Of a stretch of DNA of 64,000 bases, positions 58,645 to 64,000 are shown in pieces (within the stretch, counting starts at the first letter, position 1; each line of letters starts with the position of its first letter). The stretch is from Planctomycetota bacterium (lineage in GTDB: Bacteria; Planctomycetota; PLA2; JAEUHO01): positions 21,611 to 85,610 of the forward strand of contig JBFWRP010000019.1 of NCBI GenBank assembly GCA_050248855.1, read 5' to 3'. The notes beneath the pieces were generated by a model. The model was not told the origin of the DNA. It did no database searches and saw only the letters and a list, made by a program, of their open reading frames with translations. The position numbers were made by a program, and so were the translations under genes.

Positions 58645-59229
58645 CTAGGTGAAGGCCGTCTGCAGGCCGTAGTGCGTGAGAGCGCGTGCGAGCACGTGGC
58701 GCTCGTCGGCCGTCAGGTGCTTCAAGGGGATGGGGACGTACCGCGGGCGCTCGGTGGCGAGCAACGAGATGCGGCCGGGCCCATGTTCGACGATGTCCAC
58801 GACCTCGTCGCGGCGCACCGTGCGGGCATCGTCGAGGAGTCCCGGTCGAACGACCACCTCGGTCTCCGTCATGCGAACCGCGGGATGGCGCATGGAAAGG
58901 AGAACCCATGCGGTCCAAGCCAACGACATGGCCAGGGCCGCCCACGTGCCCCACCCGCGATGCCATCCATGTCTGGCGATGTCCACGACGCCGATCGCGC
59001 CCCAGTGCAGCCCCAGCCCCAACCAGCCCCACGTGCTCCAGCGCTTCCAGGCCCAACCCAGCGCGAGGGGCAACGAGACCGGGCCCTCCGCCAGGTAGCG
59101 CGCCTTGCGGCGCTTGGCGGCCTCACGCCACGCGCGGGTGGGCAAGCCGCCAGGTGTGGCCATGCGCGACGAGCCCGGCGGCAGGTCGTCCGTGACCCGG
59201 CGGGTGCGGATGGGAGCGCTGCCGTCCAT
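58645..59229 (-). CDS. Array gene 1: 2-TM plus PH-like protein (paralog of 54166-54744)
   Basis: RHPAVRMTE...HGPGRI...ERHVLARALTHYGL motif. Start could alternatively be the ATG at 59163. Confidence 0.7.
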   Translation of the reverse strand: MDGSAPIRTRRVTDDLPPGSSRMATPGGLPTRAWREAAKRRKARYLAEGPVSLPLALGWAWKRWSTWGWLGLGLHWGAIGVVDIARHGWHRGWGTWAALAMSLAWTAWVLLSMRHPAVRMTETEVVVRPGLLDDARTVRRDEVVDIVEHGPGRISLLATERPRYVPIPLKHLTADERHVLARALTHYGLQTAFT

Positions 59230-59354
59230 CACCAGACAGCGTAGTCGAGACGGTATCCGTTCAGGTCCCCCCAGCCCCGCACGAGAAGGGCACTGGAGCT
59301 CAGCCGGATTCAACCGGCTGCCTCCACGCATCTGGCGAGCCGCACGCCCGCACC

Positions 59355-62300
59355 TCAGGGGATGAACGGATCCCCGAGACGCTGTACGTCGTGGGCGTCG
59401 AGGGTGAGGGAGCCGTGGTCGTCGCGGACGCGCCCCTGCACGACGTAGGGACCGGCGTCCACCAAGCGGTGGCCGACCTGGGTGTAGACGCGGGGGAAGA
59501 AGGTGACCTCGACGTTGCCGCTGGTGTCTTCGAGCATCACGAACTTCATGTAGCGGCCCTTGGAGGGGCCCTCGGCGCGCACGCGCACCCGGCGGTCGGT
59601 CACGATCCAGCCGGCCACGCGCACGACCTGGCCCACGCGTTCGGCCAGGGTGGCGATCGGCACGGCGCCGGCATGGACGGCTTCGTCCTCCCACGGCGTG
59701 GAGGGATGGCAGGTCACCGTCAGCCCGAGCGTCTCGATCTCGAGGGCCAGCAGCTCTTCCCGGGTGTAGTGGCGCGGGACCTCGATGCGTCGCGTGGGCG
59801 GCAGCAGGGCCATGGCGCCGAAGAGCGACTGGCGATCGCGACCCTCGCGTCGGGCGTCGGCGTAGCGGTCGAAGTCCAAGGTCAACGTCCAGAGCAGCTC
59901 GCCCCGCGGACGGTCGTAGACGTCGAGTGCGCCGGCCAGTACCAAGCGCTCGGCTTCGTTCTTGGTGATCTCCGTGCGCAGCAGGAGGTCGGTGAGCGAC
60001 AGGAACGGTCCCCCGGCCTCGCGCAGCTCCACGAGCCGCTCGGGCGTGCCGTGGCCAAGGCCCTTGATCTGCCCGAGCCCCAGGCGCAGCGTGCGCTCCC
60101 AGCCTGTCGGGCCCACCTGCGAGGTGTTCACGCAAGGCAGCGCGATGAAGCAGCCCAGCCGCCGTGCGTCCTCGACGTAGGCCCGTGCGGCGTAGAAGCC
60201 GGCTTCGTTGCGCAGCACCGAGGCCAGGTACGAAGCGGGCTGCCGGGCCTTCAGCCACAGCTCTTGCCAGGAGATGCGCGCGTAGGTCGCGGCGTGGGCC
60301 TTGTTGTAGGCGTAGGCGCTGAAGCGCTGGATGTCGCCCCACACCCGCTCGACCACGTCGCCGGGCACGTGGTTGCGCGCGGCGCCCTCGCGGAACGCCG
60401 CCTCCATGGCGGGCAGGTCATCGGGCGTGCGCTTCTTGGAGAGGGCACGACGCAGCTGGTCGGCCTGGCCGAGGTCGAAGCCCGCCACGGCCGCGGCCAC
60501 GCGCAACGTGTCCTCTTGGTACAGCATGACGCCGTAGGTGGTGGTGAACAGCGGGTCGACCCGCTCGTGGATGGAAGGCACGCCCTCTTCGCCGCGACGC
60601 CGTCGCACGTAGGCGTCCTTCATGCCCGAGCCGGCGGGTCCCGGTCGCACGAGCGAAAGCGCGATCATGGCGTCGCGCTGCGTATGCGCGTCCATGCGCA
60701 CGGCGAGGTTGCGCATGGCGGGCGACTCGACCTGGAAGCAGCCAAGCGTCCGTCCCATGCGCAGCAGCGCACCCGCGGCCTCGTCCTCTTCGGGAATCGC
60801 GTCCAGGTCCGGCGGGGTGCCCTGGTGCTCGGCGATGTCGCGTGCCACGTCCGCGACCACGGCCAAGGCGCGGTTGCCGAGCAGGTCGATCTTGACGAGT
60901 CCCGTGGCCTCGACGCCGTGCATCTCGAACTGCGTGGCGATGCGGCCCATGGCCGAGCGCTCGAGCGGCAGTGAATCGGCCAGCGGTCCATCGCCGATCA
61001 CGATGCCACCTACGTGCAGCCCCATGTGGCGGGGCAGACCGTCCAGGGCCAGCGCCGCGCGCAGGACCCCGCGCCACGGCTCGGTGGCCAGATCGACGCC
61101 GGCCAGCTCGGGTGGACGGGCGCGGCCGGTCAGCAGCGGGCCCAGGCGATGGGGCAAGTGCCCCGTGACGCGACCGATCTCCTCGGGGGGCAACCCTCGC
61201 GTGCGGGCCACCTCGCGCACGGCGGCGCGGGCCTGGAAGGTGACGTGCGTGGCGATCATGGCCACGCGGTCTTCGCCGTAGGTCGCGTAGGCATGGCGGA
61301 TGACGGCGTCGCGCCCCCGCCAGTCCAGGTCGAGGTCGATGTCGGGGCAGTCCTTGCGCTCGGGCGAGAGGAAACGCTCGAAGGGCAGCTCATGGCGCAA
61401 GGGATCGACCGACGTGATGCCCAGCGCATAGGCCACGATCGAGCTGGCCGCCGAGCCGCGACCCACCGTGGGGATGCCCTGCTCGCGGGCGAAGGCCACG
61501 AGCTCGTCCACGATCAGGAAGTAGTCGGCAAAGCCGCGCTGCTGGATGACGCGAAGCTCCATCTCGAGCCGCGCCATGGCCGCGGGCGTAAGCCGCGCGT
61601 AACGACGACGCAATCCCTCGATGGAGCGCGCGGCCAAGCGCCCGTAGGCGGCCTCGCGGCGCTCGGCGAGCGACACGTCGCGATCGCCCAGGCCCAACAC
61701 GGACGGGTCGAGCAACGGTAGGCGCGGGTGCGGCGAGCGGCGCAGGCGAAAGGCCAAGCGCTCGGCGACCTCCAGCGTGGCGCGCGCCGTCTCGGGCAGG
61801 TCGGCGAAGGCTGCAGCCGCGGGCGCGGGCGGCAGCAGCCACGCCGCGTCGGACACGAGGTCCATCGGATGGCCGTCGCGCCCCGTCGCGCCGGGCACCA
61901 CGTCGGCGAGGAACGCAAGATGCGCGATGGCCAAGCGCGTGCGATGCACCTCGTGCTGCGACGGCCGCTCGAGGAACACGCGATGCGTGCCCACGACGGG
62001 GCGGCCGAGATGCCTGGCCTCGGCGACCAGCGCCGCGCGCACCTCGGGAGGATCGTGCGCCACGATCTCGGCGGCGAGGTACGGGCCGTCGGGTCGGGCC
62101 GGGCCCAGCTCGGCGGCGAGTGCACGCAAGAGGTGCACGGAGGGCGTGAGCACCACGAGCCCCTCGACCAGCTCGGGCAGGTGATCGGCCAGCACGAAGG
62201 GGCGGTCCTCGTCGAAGAGCACCGGCCGCTCGGGCGTCTCGCCCTCGGCCTTGTGACGGCGCGAGATCAACCGGCAGAGATGGGCGTAGCCGCGCTCGTC

Positions 62301-62588
62301 CTCGGCCAAGAGCACGGCCCGCGCACGTAGCGCATCGCCCCCGCCGTCGCGTCGCGGGTCGCCGTGCAGCTCGGCGCCGTAGAGGGGCCGCAAGTCGACG
62401 GCATCGCAGCAGACCTGGAAGTGGGGCAGCCCGTAGGCACCGTCGGTGTCGGTGAGGGCCAGGGCCGCGTGCCCCTCGGCCGAGGCGCGGGCGACCAAGC
62501 GCTCGATCGAGGCCACGCCCGCTTGCCGGGAGTGCCCCGAGTGCACGTCGAGATGGACGAACGGAGCGGCGGGCGGACGCCGGACCAT
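59355..62588 (-). CDS. dnaE2: DNA polymerase III alpha subunit, DnaE2-type (error-prone)
   Basis: PHP domain, GRGSAASS, FERFL, PDIDLD, LPRHMGLHVGG and GCFQVESP motifs. Ends at the OB fold without a tau-binding CTD. SOS-box-like promoter supports dnaE2 rather than replicative dnaE. Confidence 0.82.
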   Translation of the reverse strand: MVRRPPAAPFVHLDVHSGHSRQAGVASIERLVARASAEGHAALALTDTDGAYGLPHFQVCCDAVDLRPLYGAELHGDPRRDGGGDALRARAVLLAEDERGYAHLCRLISRRHKAEGETPERPVLFDEDRPFVLADHLPELVEGLVVLTPSVHLLRALAAELGPARPDGPYLAAEIVAHDPPEVRAALVAEARHLGRPVVGTHRVFLERPSQHEVHRTRLAIAHLAFLADVVPGATGRDGHPMDLVSDAAWLLPPAPAAAAFADLPETARATLEVAERLAFRLRRSPHPRLPLLDPSVLGLGDRDVSLAERREAAYGRLAARSIEGLRRRYARLTPAAMARLEMELRVIQQRGFADYFLIVDELVAFAREQGIPTVGRGSAASSIVAYALGITSVDPLRHELPFERFLSPERKDCPDIDLDLDWRGRDAVIRHAYATYGEDRVAMIATHVTFQARAAVREVARTRGLPPEEIGRVTGHLPHRLGPLLTGRARPPELAGVDLATEPWRGVLRAALALDGLPRHMGLHVGGIVIGDGPLADSLPLERSAMGRIATQFEMHGVEATGLVKIDLLGNRALAVVADVARDIAEHQGTPPDLDAIPEEDEAAGALLRMGRTLGCFQVESPAMRNLAVRMDAHTQRDAMIALSLVRPGPAGSGMKDAYVRRRRGEEGVPSIHERVDPLFTTTYGVMLYQEDTLRVAAAVAGFDLGQADQLRRALSKKRTPDDLPAMEAAFREGAARNHVPGDVVERVWGDIQRFSAYAYNKAHAATYARISWQELWLKARQPASYLASVLRNEAGFYAARAYVEDARRLGCFIALPCVNTSQVGPTGWERTLRLGLGQIKGLGHGTPERLVELREAGGPFLSLTDLLLRTEITKNEAERLVLAGALDVYDRPRGELLWTLTLDFDRYADARREGRDRQSLFGAMALLPPTRRIEVPRHYTREELLALEIETLGLTVTCHPSTPWEDEAVHAGAVPIATLAERVGQVVRVAGWIVTDRRVRVRAEGPSKGRYMKFVMLEDTSGNVEVTFFPRVYTQVGHRLVDAGPYVVQGRVRDDHGSLTLDAHDVQRLGDPFIP

Positions 62589-62629
62589 GGCGGACCTCGC
62601 TGCCGGACCCCTCCCGCGGCGGGGGCGGG

Positions 62630-62658
62630 AGCCTATACGAACAGAATACGAACATCAA
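62630..62658 (-). promoter_or_regulatory. sigma70-type promoter of dnaE2 with overlapping GTTC-N7-GTTC operator
   Basis: Minus strand TTGATG-N17-TAGGCT. GTTC-gtattct-GTTC (plus strand 62639-62653) lies over the -35/spacer. Confidence 0.7.
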
Positions 62659-62763
62659 GAGGCGAGCGCGACCCGCCCAGAGCTCTACGCTGGCCCTGCC
62701 GTCGCCGCGGCAGCACGAAGCCGGGGACCCGTCGATGCCTGACGGGCAAGGGGGGTCTGCGCC

Positions 62764-63132
62764 ATGACGATGGTCGGCATCTACATCCAGCGCTACGGGA
62801 AGGAAGAGGGGCCCTACGACCTGGCCCAGCTCCAGACGATGGTCGACCGCGGTCAGGTGCGCGGCGACACCATGATCCGCCAGGGCGACGGCATGTGGTT
62901 TCGTGCCGCCGAGCTGCGCGAGCTGTTCAGCAGTCGTGACTGGTTGGTCGCCCTCTTGCTCTCGGCCTTCCTGGGTCACTTCGGCATCGACCGCTTCTAC
63001 CTGGGCTACGTCGGGCTCGGGGTGCTCAAGCTGGTGACGATCGGTGGGTTGGGCATCTGGTGGGTGATCGACCTCGTGCTGCTGGCGACCGACCGGCTGC
63101 CCGACAAGGAGGGGCGCAAGCTGGCCCACTGA
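62764..63132 (+). CDS. GYF_2 (DUF4339) plus TM2 domain protein
   Basis: [11 protein letters not shown]...G....T.....G...W motif, then [31 protein letters not shown]. Confidence 0.9.
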   Translation: MTMVGIYIQRYGKEEGPYDLAQLQTMVDRGQVRGDTMIRQGDGMWFRAAELRELFSSRDWLVALLLSAFLGHFGIDRFYLGYVGLGVLKLVTIGGLGIWWVIDLVLLATDRLPDKEGRKLAH

Positions 63133-63158
63133 CGGGCGGGACTCGGTACGCTCTGCCC

Positions 63159-63767
63159 ATGTCGCCCGACACGACGTCGACCGCGTCAAGAGCCTCGGCT
63201 ACGCCGCTGCGCCGGCTCGCTCCGTGGCTGCCGCTCGTGCTGGCGGTCCCGCTCGTGGCGTGGGCGCTTGTCGGTGGGGAGCGGCCCGAGCCCGAGCGTC
63301 ACGGGACATCCCCAGCCACCTCCACGCCGCCGCCCCCTGCCCCCGTCGTCCGCACGCCGGCCCGCGTGAAGCTGCGCTTTGCCACGTCCACGGGTGATGC
63401 GGTGCCGCAGGCGGTGTTCTTCCTCACTTGGGAGCCGGCGCACGCGGACCCGCGCGAGGACGTGCAGCTGCAGTGGGGGTTTCACCGCGCCGACGACGAC
63501 GGCGTGTACGTCGTCGATCCGGCGCCGCGTGGCGCGCGCCTCTCGGTGGAAGTCATCGACCCGGAGCTGCACGAGAGGACGCAGGTGCTCGAGGCAGGCG
63601 TGGCCGCGGCCGACATCCTCGTCTCGCGGCTCACGCCCGCCCAGAAGGCGCGCCTGAAGGCCCTGGATGCCGAGATCGCGAAGCCCGAGACGCAGGCGCA
63701 GCCCGTGCTCCTGCGCGACCTGCGCGACGAGCAGGCCCGCATCCGCCGCGGCCACCCGGCGCGGTAG
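63159..63767 (+). CDS. Hypothetical membrane-anchored protein
   Basis: TM segment, Pro-rich linker, beta-rich domain (ADDDGVY) and helical tail. Confidence 0.6.
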   Translation: MSPDTTSTASRASATPLRRLAPWLPLVLAVPLVAWALVGGERPEPERHGTSPATSTPPPPAPVVRTPARVKLRFATSTGDAVPQAVFFLTWEPAHADPREDVQLQWGFHRADDDGVYVVDPAPRGARLSVEVIDPELHERTQVLEAGVAAADILVSRLTPAQKARLKALDAEIAKPETQAQPVLLRDLRDEQARIRRGHPAR

Positions 63768-63770
63768 GGT

Positions 63771-63854
63771 GGCGGGGAATTCTTCCGCAGCTTGCCGCAA
63801 TGCGCACACCCATGCGGAAGATCCCTCCGGCAAGCTGCGGAAGAAATCCCCGCC
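63771..63854. repeat. 27-bp inverted repeat with 30-nt spacer
   Basis: GGCGGGGAATTCTTCCGCAGCTTGCCG (63771-63797) pairs with CGGCAAGCTGCGGAAGAAATCCCCGCC (63828-63854), 1 mismatch. Confidence 0.88.
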
Positions 63855-64000
63855 TCCGTACGGTCTTTACCGACCTAGGAGCCTGCGCCACAGATCGCGT
63901 GCACGGCGCCACCCCCGTCCTGCAGCTCGGATTCCTGGATTCCAGCTTCGGCGAAGCACGTGAATCGGCTTGAACGCCCTTTCGCTCGGTCGGCGCGGGC

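Noticed and set aside
54166..59229. Integron cassette array or DGR as explanation of the paralog array
   Set aside because: The genes overlap with no attC-like spacers and there is no integrase or reverse transcriptase in the window. The 104-bp repeat has only two differences, too few to show adenine-specific mutagenesis.

Overview
A 64-kb window of very GC-rich bacterial chromosome (roughly 70% GC by eye). The gene repertoire suggests Planctomycetota/PVC, but that is inference only. About 47 real CDSs can be picked from many shadow ORFs. Housekeeping genes are carB, aceE, purB, thiD, gltX, psd and pfkA. Envelope functions include two HtrA proteases, a PilM/GspL-like pair, an ECF sigma/anti-sigma operon, two GT-C glycosyltransferases, several lipoproteins, a 2667-aa TPR-flanked alpha-2-macroglobulin and a PepSY/two-component locus. 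The most unusual region is 54166-62660. There a stand-alone dnaE2-type polymerase carries a GTTC-N7-GTTC SOS-box-like repeat inside its promoter. It is followed co-directionally by seven diverged paralogous membrane/PH-like genes, one of which is a recombination-derived chimeric mini-gene marked by a 104-bp near-identical repeat. Other highlights are a candidate structured sRNA at 12445-12660, a covarying REP-like hairpin family, several pseudo-enzymes and an in-frame CDF transporter-lipoprotein fusion. No rRNA, tRNA, CRISPR array, transposase or integrase was recognised. All product calls come from motif recognition by eye, not database searches.
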